Positions 40,301-49,950 of a DNA stretch of 64,000 nt are shown piece after piece. The notes under the pieces are model-generated. The model was not told where the DNA came from and did not search any database. It worked only from the letters and a program-made list of their open reading frames with translations. Position 1 is the first letter of the stretch. Each line of letters starts with the position of its first letter. The translations under genes were made by a program, and so were the position numbers. Location of the stretch: assembly GCA_944329355.1 (NCBI GenBank), contig CALVID010000002.1:2928-66927 (forward strand). Direction: 5' to 3'. The stretch is from an uncultured Bacilli bacterium. GTDB lineage: Bacteria > Bacillota_I > Bacilli_A > RF39 > UBA660.

Positions 40301-40669
40301 GCTGATGAATATACTTTAATACATGAATTAGGGCATAAATTATCAAGTACATTTACAAAAGAAGAAAGAAAAGAGTATAATAAACTTATTAAAGACAAAT
40401 TTTCTAGTTATAAAAAAAGCGATTTTAAAAAAGTTAAAGGAACATCTGGAAAATATTGGGTTCTTAAAGATACTTCTAAATTTGTTAGTGCATATCAAAC
40501 AAGAATATATGATAGTAAATTTTCTTTTATATTTGACAATGTAAATACCCATTTAGCTTTAGAATATATTAGCGAAGGTTTAAAATATTATTATAAAAAT
40601 CCATCATTGTTAAAAAGAAAAGATAAAAAATTATATGAATTTATTGATAAGGTGGTAAGAGATGAATAA
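40301..40669 (+). pseudogene. 5'-truncated HExxH zinc-metallopeptidase-like gene fragment
   Basis: The frame is open from the first base after the repeat, with no Met anywhere in its 122 codons: ADEYTLIHELGHKLSSTFTKEERKEY...HLALEYISEGLKYYYKNPSLLKRKDKKLYEFIDKVVRDE. HELGH plus a downstream E(Y)xxE...YYxxP pattern is reminiscent of M34/ATLF-like peptidase domains common on Firmicute phages and plasmids (from memory, not searched). Confidence 0.6.
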
Positions 40670-40874
40670 AGAACTTGTTAAAAAAATATTAAATACAAAA
40701 AACAAAGAAGATTTTTTGAAAATTTTAACTTCACAAGATGAAGAATATGAACTACACCAAGACTTGTGGGACAAAAAAGTCATACAACATTTTTTGAAAC
40801 TATTTGATATGACTAAAGAAGATTTTGATAAGCAATTTATCCAATATCCCCCAATCGATGATTTTGATGATTAG
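40662..40874 (+). CDS. small acidic protein (70 aa), function unknown; anti-CRISPR candidate
   Basis: SD AAGGTGG lies 6 nt before the ATG. The start overlaps the end of the truncated ORF by 8 nt. By hand count there are 17 D/E versus 11 K. Followed directly by a terminator. Confidence 0.6.
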   Translation: MNKELVKKILNTKNKEDFLKILTSQDEEYELHQDLWDKKVIQHFLKLFDMTKEDFDKQFIQYPPIDDFDD

Positions 40875-40895
40875 CACCAAACAAGGTGCTTTTTA
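40873..40895 (+). terminator. intrinsic terminator of the cassette
   Basis: AGCACC-aaacaa-GGTGCT followed by TTTT. In the opposite (pre-crRNA) direction there is no T-tract. Confidence 0.6.
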
Positions 40896-40910
40896 TATGC
40901 CTTAATAGTT

Positions 40911-43900
40911 GTTTTAGTACTATTTAAGATGACATAGATCTAAAACTAGTAATGCCTTCCTTACTTATAAATCTAAGTTTTAGTACTATTTAAGATGACA
41001 TAGATCTAAAACTAGTAGGAGTTATGCGTATGTTTAGTATGTGTTTTAGTACTATTTAAGATGACATAGATCTAAAACCAACTTTAGCAGCAGCTCGAAG
41101 GGCAGACTGTTTTAGTACTATTTAAGATGACATAGATCTAAAACGGCTATGAGCAAGTATTTCCAATTTGGGGAGTTTTAGTACTATTTAAGATGACATA
41201 GATCTAAAACTAGTGGTCCATTAAGTCAGCTAAACGGCGAGTTTTAGTACTATTTAAGATGACATAGATCTAAAACTCGTGAATGTTATTATCAGGAATG
41301 CCCAAAGTTTTAGTACTATTTAAGATGACATAGATCTAAAACTGTTGATATGAATTACCAGTTAAAAGAGTTAGTTTTAGTACTATTTAAGATGACATAG
41401 ATCTAAAACCTAACCTTGTATGACAACATACTTGTCTTAGTTTTAGTACTATTTAAGATGACATAGATCTAAAACTATATGTTAATGTAGTAGCTGATAT
41501 GGATGGTTTTAGTACTATTTAAGATGACATAGATCTAAAACTAGGTACTACAACAGCATAAACATATTCATGTTTTAGTACTATTTAAGATGACATAGAT
41601 CTAAAACAGAATATCGAGTAGTAGATACTGATGTTTTGTTTTAGTACTATTTAAGATGACATAGATCTAAAACTACTAGCACCTTTAATGACTTTACGTA
41701 GTAGTTTTAGTACTATTTAAGATGACATAGATCTAAAACATATGCATAGGTTTGATACGAAGAGAAAATGTTTTAGTACTATTTAAGATGACATAGATCT
41801 AAAACCTATTGCGTAAATGGTGCATTTAATGGTGCGTTTTAGTACTATTTAAGATGACATAGATCTAAAACGGTGGAGTTTCGTGGGTTGTGTGGAGTGC
41901 GGTTTTAGTACTATTTAAGATGACATAGATCTAAAACATGATGTTACTGGTTTATCACCTGCTGATAGTTTTAGTACTATTTAAGATGACATAGATCTAA
42001 AACCAATACATAGCCAGTGATAGGATTTGTTCGGTTTTAGTACTATTTAAGATGACATAGATCTAAAACACATAACAACCGTGATTGCCATGCATTTCGG
42101 TTTTAGTACTATTTAAGATGACATAGATCTAAAACCTATTGTAGTAAGGTTCTTCGCCAATAAATGTTTTAGTACTATTTAAGATGACATAGATCTAAAA
42201 CTTATAAATCTGCTTTCAAGCTTCCATGCTCGTTTTAGTACTATTTAAGATGACATAGATCTAAAACCATAGATGAACTTATCATGTATAATTATTTGTT
42301 TTAGTACTATTTAAGATGACATAGATCTAAAACGTGGAATAGTTAATAAAATAAGAAATGCAGGTTTTAGTACTATTTAAGATGACATAGATCTAAAACC
42401 TTTCATACCGTCACAAATCTTACGATCCAGTTTTAGTACTATTTAAGATGACATAGATCTAAAACTCATTGCTTTAGTATTTGGGTCTAAATTTTGTTTT
42501 AGTACTATTTAAGATGACATAGATCTAAAACTAATCTATGAACTAGATAATCGCGAGGAATGTTTTAGTACTATTTAAGATGACATAGATCTAAAACGTA
42601 TGGAGTATGTTTATACTAAGTTTTTCGGTTTTAGTACTATTTAAGATGACATAGATCTAAAACAAAATGTATAATTGGTATAGTCGATATGATGTTTTAG
42701 TACTATTTAAGATGACATAGATCTAAAACGTAAATCTAATCCTAATTTTTCAAAATTCAGTTTTAGTACTATTTAAGATGACATAGATCTAAAACTTGTA
42801 GCCGAAGGTATGGAAGGAATTGTTAGTTTTAGTACTATTTAAGATGACATAGATCTAAAACTTAATATAGCGTTAATCATAGATCTAACACGTTTTAGTA
42901 CTATTTAAGATGACATAGATCTAAAACAATGAAGAAATAGCAGATATCTGTTTTAAAGTTTTAGTACTATTTAAGATGACATAGATCTAAAACTTAAAAT
43001 TGAAAGTCCTCGTGGAATGTATCGTTTTAGTACTATTTAAGATGACATAGATCTAAAACGATGGATAGAGAGTGCATTTTATATTGGAGGTTTTAGTACT
43101 ATTTAAGATGACATAGATCTAAAACTAATTCAAATATTCTTGCACTAAGCCTTGTGTTTTAGTACTATTTAAGATGACATAGATCTAAAACTATTTCATG
43201 CATCTTATTATTAAGATATTGGTTTTAGTACTATTTAAGATGACATAGATCTAAAACCTTCGGCAGTTGATCTCTGCATAGAGGCAGTGTTTTAGTACTA
43301 TTTAAGATGACATAGATCTAAAACAATTAACCACCTCTTTAAACTTTTGTTTTGGTTTTAGTACTATTTAAGATGACATAGATCTAAAACAAGTCATATT
43401 AAAGACATTACTTTATTTCAGTTTTAGTACTATTTAAGATGACATAGATCTAAAACGTATTTTCATTGAGTGGCTATTCAGGTTATGTTTTAGTACTATT
43501 TAAGATGACATAGATCTAAAACATTGGTAGCTTACTGGTGGTATAGGAAATGGTTTTAGTACTATTTAAGATGACATAGATCTAAAACTTGAAATCATAG
43601 TTGATAAATCGCCTAATAGTTTTAGTACTATTTAAGATGACATAGATCTAAAACATACAATTTTAGATGATGATAGAAGTAGAAGTTTTAGTACTATTTA
43701 AGATGACATAGATCTAAAACATTTTTATCTAGGAGCTTATAATTACTTATGTTTTAGTACTATTTAAGATGACATAGATCTAAAACGGTTAGACCATTTC
43801 ATATTCTCGGCATCATGTTTTAGTACTATTTAAGATGACATAGATCTAAAACACATAAAATTAGGTATTGATTATTATACATGTTTTAGTACTATTTAAG

Positions 43901-43918
43901 ATGACATAGATCTAAAAC
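40911..43918 (-). CRISPR. CRISPR array, leader-proximal block: 46 identical 36-bp repeats, 45 spacers (30-31 bp)
   Basis: Repeat starts were counted one by one from 40911 to 43883. All copies are identical to the consensus. Spacers are unique by eye. Confidence 0.98.
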
Positions 43919-43993
43919 CTCAAATTGATTTAATCTATGTAATGACTAACGCATAGAAAATTAGTTTCTTAAATAGTAACTATGTCACTTCAA
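43919..43993 (-). promoter_or_regulatory. CRISPR leader (75 bp between the csn2 stop and the first repeat)
   Basis: AT-rich non-coding segment adjacent to the cas-proximal repeat. The degenerate repeat is at the opposite end of the array. Contains an inverted partial repeat (43967-43987). Confidence 0.7.
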
Positions 43994-44671
43994 TTATAAC
44001 ATAAATTCATCTAAATCAGCATCTATAATTAATTTTTGCTCATTTTCTGTTGGTATTTGATGACTCATATTTTCTATTAATAAGATACTTATCTTATTAT
44101 AAATGCAATATTTATAAAATTCTTCTAATTCTTCCTTATCTAAATATTGTTTTAGATTTATAAAAATTAATAAAAAATTAAATTTAAATGTTTTTTCTAA
44201 ATCAATTATTAAATATAAATTATCTATTATATTATCTTTTAAAGTTATATTTGGCTTTAATAATTTTAGCAATTGTTCAATATTAAAATCATTGTTATAT
44301 TCTATTTTAAAATCAATATTTTCTAATGGTATTTCCATTTTTTTAATGACTTTTTTGTAAAGCATAGTGATATCATTGATTATTTTTTCATCAGTATTTT
44401 CTATAATTAGTTTTTGTAAATGTGATGAATATTTTTTCATAATTATTTCAAAATTAAAATAGTCTGAAATTACCATGATTTTATTTGCTAATGTTAATTC
44501 TTCTTTATTTTCATCAAAAAAGTATATTTCCTCGATTAATTCACCATCACTTATTTTAATAAAATTAGTAGTTGTTCTATAAAAGTAACCTTTATTTTCT
44601 ATTTCAACGGAAGTTATTTTTGTATCTGTTATTGGTAATATATTATCTAAATAATTAAATTTAATATTCAT
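43994..44671 (-). CDS. csn2: type II-A CRISPR-associated protein Csn2
   Basis: 225-aa ORF immediately after cas2 (ATGA overlap) and before the array. Size, position and N-terminus (MNIKFNYLDNILPI...) are as in the short Csn2 family. Confidence 0.85.
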   Translation of the reverse strand: MNIKFNYLDNILPITDTKITSVEIENKGYFYRTTTNFIKISDGELIEEIYFFDENKEELTLANKIMVISDYFNFEIIMKKYSSHLQKLIIENTDEKIINDITMLYKKVIKKMEIPLENIDFKIEYNNDFNIEQLLKLLKPNITLKDNIIDNLYLIIDLEKTFKFNFLLIFINLKQYLDKEELEEFYKYCIYNKISILLIENMSHQIPTENEQKLIIDADLDEFML

Positions 44672-44988
44672 AATACAATTAATTTATCTTCATTATTTAT
44701 AATTTTAGTTTTAGAATTACCAATAACATATTCAATACTTGCATATTGTTTTTCTGTAACTGTAAGCATTTGAATTATTCCTTTTGATGGTGCATTTTTT
44801 CTGACTCTATCTTCTAGAAAATTACTTTGTACATTGTTTAATGTTAATTTAGAATATACTGATTCTTGCATCATAATAAAACCTTCATTTATTAAAAATT
44901 TTCTAAACCTATTATAGTTTCTTTTGTCTTTTGAATATACATTTGGCAAATCAAAGAAAACAATTGTCCTCATTACTCTATCCCTCAT
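44668..44988 (-). CDS. cas2: CRISPR-associated endoribonuclease Cas2
   Basis: 106 aa. MRTIVFFDLP...RNYNRFRKFLINEGFIMMQESVYSK is a typical Cas2 ferredoxin-fold N-terminus. Confidence 0.92.
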   Translation of the reverse strand: MRDRVMRTIVFFDLPNVYSKDKRNYNRFRKFLINEGFIMMQESVYSKLTLNNVQSNFLEDRVRKNAPSKGIIQMLTVTEKQYASIEYVIGNSKTKIINNEDKLIVL

Positions 44989-45850
44989 AAAATATAAATT
45001 CCTTATATTCGTTATTTTCTTCTAAATATTGTAATGTATTTTTGGTATAAAAACTAATTATATCTTTTAATGAATAATTTTTATTACCATATTTAAATTT
45101 ATTGTTAAAAAGATTTACCAAGTTTAATTTATATTCAGTATTAAATGGTTTTTCTTTAGTATAATACACAAAATTATCTATAACCACTCTGAACGGCTCC
45201 ATCAAATCACACGCAAGATTAAATTTATTATATTCACTTTTATGATTTATTCCTATTTGTGTTAAATAACCATTAGCTACTATTTCTTTATTGAAATTTG
45301 AAAGCAAAATTGCATAACCATAATTTAGTTTAGCATTAATTTCATCATCAGCATTTCTAACAAATTTTTTAGTAAATAAAGAGTTAAAATATACTTTTGA
45401 GGCATGAGCTTCTCTATTTGTTTTGTCATTTTCTGTTACTTCATCAATGTATTTCATTAATAAATCTGAATTTTTAGAATGAATTTTTTTTAATAAAATC
45501 ATTTGATTCATAATTTTATTTTTTATAATTAATTGCCATAATTTACTTATTTTATCTTTATTCCACTTTGTTTGCTTTGATATTTTTTTGCTTGAATTAT
45601 AGCAAATTCCATATGGACTTAATTCAGCAAATGGATTATGTTTTTCATCACAAAATATAATATTGATTTTATTGGTTACCAATTCTTTTAAAAGATAGGT
45701 AGAGATAGATACTGAAATTGAATCTACTATTAAAGTATCTATCTCTGACAAGTGAATATAATTTTCGTCCATGTCATCTTTTACTACTAAAAATCTATTT
45801 TTATAGCTTATTTTATTTGCTTTACTTATTACTACTGTTCTAAAACTCAT
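44978..45850 (-). CDS. cas1: CRISPR-associated integrase Cas1 (type II)
   Basis: 290 aa. SFRTVVISKANKISYKNRFLVVK..., NYGYAILLSNFNKEIVANGYLTQIGINHKSEYNKFNLACDLMEPFR contains the conserved Cas1 H and E/D residues. Overlaps cas9 and cas2. Confidence 0.93.
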   Translation of the reverse strand: MSFRTVVISKANKISYKNRFLVVKDDMDENYIHLSEIDTLIVDSISVSISTYLLKELVTNKINIIFCDEKHNPFAELSPYGICYNSSKKISKQTKWNKDKISKLWQLIIKNKIMNQMILLKKIHSKNSDLLMKYIDEVTENDKTNREAHASKVYFNSLFTKKFVRNADDEINAKLNYGYAILLSNFNKEIVANGYLTQIGINHKSEYNKFNLACDLMEPFRVVIDNFVYYTKEKPFNTEYKLNLVNLFNNKFKYGNKNYSLKDIISFYTKNTLQYLEENNEYKEFIFYEG

Positions 45851-48800
45851 TTTCTACCTCATAAATTCCAGTTACTGATTTATTAATAATTATAGTATGG
45901 TTTATTGTTTTATTTTTTTTTCTTCCAAAAGCCATAGAATATTTAGAATTTAACTGTTTTAAATTAGCAGTTAAACTATTTGGTTTTAATAAATTAAACA
46001 TCTGCTTAATAATTATTTCTTTTTCGCTAGTTTCTAATGTATTTATATGATTTGTTTTAAACATTTCTTCCATATTTGGAATTAAATTTTCATATAATTT
46101 ATATTCTTTTTTTACTTTTTCCACAATATATAAAATTATTTCTGATAAGTTTTCACTATATTTGTTATCTATTTCATTTTCACTAATATTTAGTTTTTGT
46201 GCGAGTGCATCTGAATAAAATTTTTGATTATTTAATAGTTTGCTTAATGTATATTTCCATTTGTTTAGATGTTTAGCATCAATAATAAATTCTTTGGCAT
46301 TACATACTTCTACTTTATCGGTTGCTCCAACTAGATAACATATTTGTCCTTCCCAATTTAATAAGGCATTAAATGGTATTTTATCTTTAATTATTTCTAT
46401 TTTTGAATTTTTATCTAATTTTAATAAATCTTTTATGTAATCTATTTTTATTTGATTATCTTTTTTAGATTCTTTATCTATATAAATAGGAATACCGATC
46501 ATTTTTTGCTCTTCTTTTTCTTTTTTTGTATATTTTACTAATGCGGCATAACTTGGATTTTTACCACTATAAGAGCCATACATATTATAATCTAGTCCTT
46601 TATGAAGACTTGCACCTTTAGTACCTTTTTTAGACATATTTTGCTCAAAAAACTCACCAGTTCTGATTTCTACCTTTTTACTAATTAATCCATCAAAGTG
46701 GTATAGATTTTTGATGACTGTATTTACGAACTTACTACCTTCAACAAGAACTTCTCCTGTGTTTTTATCGTATAAGGTTATTGTTTCATCAACGTTATTA
46801 ATAACATATCCATATTTTTTATTATATTTATATGTTCCATTTTGATAATTTTTATAATTTTCCTCTTTTAACTGTGTGAAATCAATTTTATTTTTCTTTA
46901 AAAAGTAGGTTACATAATATCCTAAAGCAACAGCTAAATAAGCATCATGCATATGATGATAATCATTAATGTCACGGAATTTAAATATATCATATTTTTT
47001 TCTAAATTCACTTGATAGATTAGCTTTTAAATATATTACCTTACTATTTTTATAATAATTTTTTAATATATTAGCAACATGTTTTACTATTTGACTGGTT
47101 TCAACAATTTGTCTATTGATAAATCCTTCAATATCTTCATCACTATAACTAGATCTTTTTAGTCTGTTTATTTTTTTATCTGTCATTAATCCACATTTTT
47201 TTAAATGATTCCACCAAACAAAATTGATTTCATTGCGAAACTGCTTTGGCAAGACAAAATTAGCAGCTTTTATTTGATTTTCTTCTTTTAATACTAGGGC
47301 TTTGTTATCAATAGAATCATCTTTAATTAATGTTCTAGGTATAATATGATCTACTTCGTAAAAGCTTAAATTATTAATGTCTAATGTTTTTCCAGAATAG
47401 AGACTTTTACCTTCTTGTAAGAAATACAAATATAATTTTTCATCATTAAATTCTTTTTCTTCTGCTTTTTCTGCTTGTTTAATTAAATAGTCATAGTTAT
47501 TTAAAGATGTTTTTTGTGTTTTATACCAATTTAATATTTTTTCTTTCCTACTTACTTTTCTTCCATCTTTTCTATTTTCTCTTGTCATTTCTATCATAAT
47601 ATTTTCTGGTTCATATCCTATATATTTTACTATTTCATCTACTACTTTTAATGCTTGATAAATACCTCTTTTATTGGCTGGTGAGGTTGCTAGTTCTGAT
47701 ACTACTAAATAATCTAATTTACTATTATCTTGCACTTTATTATAATCATCTATCATTTTTTGGAAGTTATATTTATCATTATTAATAATTTGCATAAAAT
47801 TCTCTTGAGTTGTTTCTAATAAATCCATTATTGATTTATTTTGCATCTCTTCTTTGTCTATATAATATTTGGTTGTTAGTAATTCTTTGGAAAGTCTACT
47901 CCATCCTTTATATTTTTTAGATAAAATTTTCTTTATTTGTTCATCTGATAATTCTTGATAATTTTGTCTTATTTTTCTTTCTAATATTTTATTATCTTCA
48001 AAAATGGTACGCCATTCTATAAGCGTTTCTGCTTGGTTAAGGTTATAGTTTGTGTTTTCAAATATTCCGTTTGGTCCAAAGAAATCGTAATATGATTTCA
48101 TGTTATTGGCAAACTTTTTATCGGCACTATATCCACTAATTTCTGGTGTATCTGAAGAAATAAATAATTCTGAAGCTTTAATATAGTTTTTAAATTTTTT
48201 ATCTGTTATGTTTTCGTTTGTTTTTAAAAATAAGTTTTTGTATATATCTTGAATTTGCTCTGTTATTAATCTATGACCATTTATTTTTATTTGTTTTAGT
48301 TCATTCAATACTTTAAACTTTGAATATAATATTGAATTTGCTGGTATGGCTGGTTTGCCTATTAAATATGTGCATGTTGAAATCATCCTTTTTATAAAGG
48401 CTTCAGCTGATTTATCTAAATCTACTACTTTTTCAAAATTATATGGAGTTATTCTTTCATTACTTTTTCTTACTAACCAATAATTAGGATTTTGAATTTC
48501 TTTATTATTTGTTGTTTGTCCAAGTGGACCTACATAATATGGAATTCTAAATGTTAATAGCTTTTCTATTTTGTATACATTACCCACATTTTCTTTTATA
48601 AATGGATAATATTTTCCTTGATTTTCAATTATTTGTAATAGTTCTGATTTGTGTAATTGATATGGATATTTTCCATTATCGGCATCTGTTATTCTAGGCA
48701 TAAAATCATCATTGGATATTCTTTTTAATGTTTCTGAATATTTATTACTTTCATTTGGATCTATACTGTTTTCTATTGCTTTTTGTATTATATTCATGAA

Positions 48801-49895
48801 TTCGTGCTGGGAAAGTTTGTTTTTTAAATATTGGTCATATAGACAAGTATATTTATCTTTTGTTCTAAAAATTTTATTATATTCTTTTCTATTATTTCTT
48901 AATATTTCTTTTAGTATTTTTAGATCATTTTCGTGTGCTTTATATTTTGATACCATTAGTTTTGATATTGATGTATGCTCTTCTCCTTTAAATAGTTCTT
49001 TTAAGAAAACCATATCATATAACTCTTTGATACTTTCTAAAATTTCTATATTTTCACTTAAATTTTCTGAAAGTTTGTCAAAATTATCTTCGTAATTACT
49101 ACCTTTAAAGGTTACAGATAATTTTTCTTCTGACTCTATTTGAAATAACTTGTTTAAATCTGCTTTATTTCCAATCATTAATTTGGTGAATTCGTTTGTA
49201 AATTCTTTTGATGTATGATTTTTTAATAATTCTTTTATTTTTAATTCTTTATCTTTTTTTGAGACTTCTAAAAAAGAGTGTGCTAGTGAACTATAGTCTA
49301 TCCTATTTATATTGTCTATATCTAAACCTAAATTTCCTTGCGTAGCTATGTTTTCGAATATTTCTTTTAATTTTTTTTCAATATTTAAATCATTTACATT
49401 GAAATCTCCTGTGTATAAAAAATTACCACGATTTTTTAAGATATGATGAATACCTAAATATAATAATCTAATATCCATTTTTTCTTTATTTTCCATGAGC
49501 GCTACTCTTAAATGATAGATGGTTGGATATTTTTCATTATATTTTTTTATTAGTTCTTTTTCTTCTTTGGTGATTTTAATAGTTTTATTTTTTAAATCCT
49601 TTTCATTATAAAATGTTTCTTGCATCTTTTTGAAAAAATTTGGATCTACTTTGTTTATTTCATTATTAAATATTTCTCTTAATAATTTAATGCGTTCTCT
49701 TCTTCTATCTAATCTTCTTCTATTACTTCTGAATAGTCTTCTATCGGCAGCAGTTTTGGCTTCTTCAAATAGACGAACACCCCATAGCTTTTTGCCTCCT
49801 TTTCTAATTATATTAAAATTATCTGAACGAACTACGGCCCATCCTACTGAATTTGTTCCAATATCTAATCCGATATTATATTTTGTTTCTTGCAT
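45840..49895 (-). CDS. cas9: Cas9 endonuclease (type II-A, 1351 aa)
   Basis: RuvC-I YNIGLDIGTNSVGWAVV, arginine-rich bridge helix RRLFRSNRRRLDRRRERI, HNH YEVDHIIPRTLIKDDSIDNKALV, RuvC-III DYHHMHDAYLAVALG. RBS AAAGGAG is present. Confidence 0.98.
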   Translation of the reverse strand: MQETKYNIGLDIGTNSVGWAVVRSDNFNIIRKGGKKLWGVRLFEEAKTAADRRLFRSNRRRLDRRRERIKLLREIFNNEINKVDPNFFKKMQETFYNEKDLKNKTIKITKEEKELIKKYNEKYPTIYHLRVALMENKEKMDIRLLYLGIHHILKNRGNFLYTGDFNVNDLNIEKKLKEIFENIATQGNLGLDIDNINRIDYSSLAHSFLEVSKKDKELKIKELLKNHTSKEFTNEFTKLMIGNKADLNKLFQIESEEKLSVTFKGSNYEDNFDKLSENLSENIEILESIKELYDMVFLKELFKGEEHTSISKLMVSKYKAHENDLKILKEILRNNRKEYNKIFRTKDKYTCLYDQYLKNKLSQHEFMNIIQKAIENSIDPNESNKYSETLKRISNDDFMPRITDADNGKYPYQLHKSELLQIIENQGKYYPFIKENVGNVYKIEKLLTFRIPYYVGPLGQTTNNKEIQNPNYWLVRKSNERITPYNFEKVVDLDKSAEAFIKRMISTCTYLIGKPAIPANSILYSKFKVLNELKQIKINGHRLITEQIQDIYKNLFLKTNENITDKKFKNYIKASELFISSDTPEISGYSADKKFANNMKSYYDFFGPNGIFENTNYNLNQAETLIEWRTIFEDNKILERKIRQNYQELSDEQIKKILSKKYKGWSRLSKELLTTKYYIDKEEMQNKSIMDLLETTQENFMQIINNDKYNFQKMIDDYNKVQDNSKLDYLVVSELATSPANKRGIYQALKVVDEIVKYIGYEPENIMIEMTRENRKDGRKVSRKEKILNWYKTQKTSLNNYDYLIKQAEKAEEKEFNDEKLYLYFLQEGKSLYSGKTLDINNLSFYEVDHIIPRTLIKDDSIDNKALVLKEENQIKAANFVLPKQFRNEINFVWWNHLKKCGLMTDKKINRLKRSSYSDEDIEGFINRQIVETSQIVKHVANILKNYYKNSKVIYLKANLSSEFRKKYDIFKFRDINDYHHMHDAYLAVALGYYVTYFLKKNKIDFTQLKEENYKNYQNGTYKYNKKYGYVINNVDETITLYDKNTGEVLVEGSKFVNTVIKNLYHFDGLISKKVEIRTGEFFEQNMSKKGTKGASLHKGLDYNMYGSYSGKNPSYAALVKYTKKEKEEQKMIGIPIYIDKESKKDNQIKIDYIKDLLKLDKNSKIEIIKDKIPFNALLNWEGQICYLVGATDKVEVCNAKEFIIDAKHLNKWKYTLSKLLNNQKFYSDALAQKLNISENEIDNKYSENLSEIILYIVEKVKKEYKLYENLIPNMEEMFKTNHINTLETSEKEIIIKQMFNLLKPNSLTANLKQLNSKYSMAFGRKKNKTINHTIIINKSVTGIYEVENEF

Positions 49896-49914
49896 AAATC
49901 TTACTCCTTTACTA

Positions 49915-49943
49915 TTGACAAGATAATTTAATTTTGTTATATT
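49915..49943 (+). promoter_or_regulatory. tracrRNA promoter
   Basis: TTGACA (49915-49920), 17-bp spacer, TATATT (49938-49943). The predicted start is at about 49950. The -35 element is only 20 bp from the cas9 start codon on the other strand. Confidence 0.6.
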
Positions 49944-49950
49944 TAAATTG

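Larger units (their letters stand above)
40300..40910 (+). other. 611-bp foreign coding cassette occupying a spacer position in the CRISPR array
   Basis: Flanked on both sides by perfect repeats (40264-40299 and 40911-40946). Contains a 5'-truncated ORF, an intact ORF and a terminator, all on the + strand. Confidence 0.9.

Noticed and set aside
40343-40552. A 69-aa minus-strand ORF inside the CRISPR-embedded cassette.
   Set aside because: It lies antisense to the much better supported HExxH frame, is F/I/K-rich and low in complexity, and has no RBS. It is most likely a shadow ORF.
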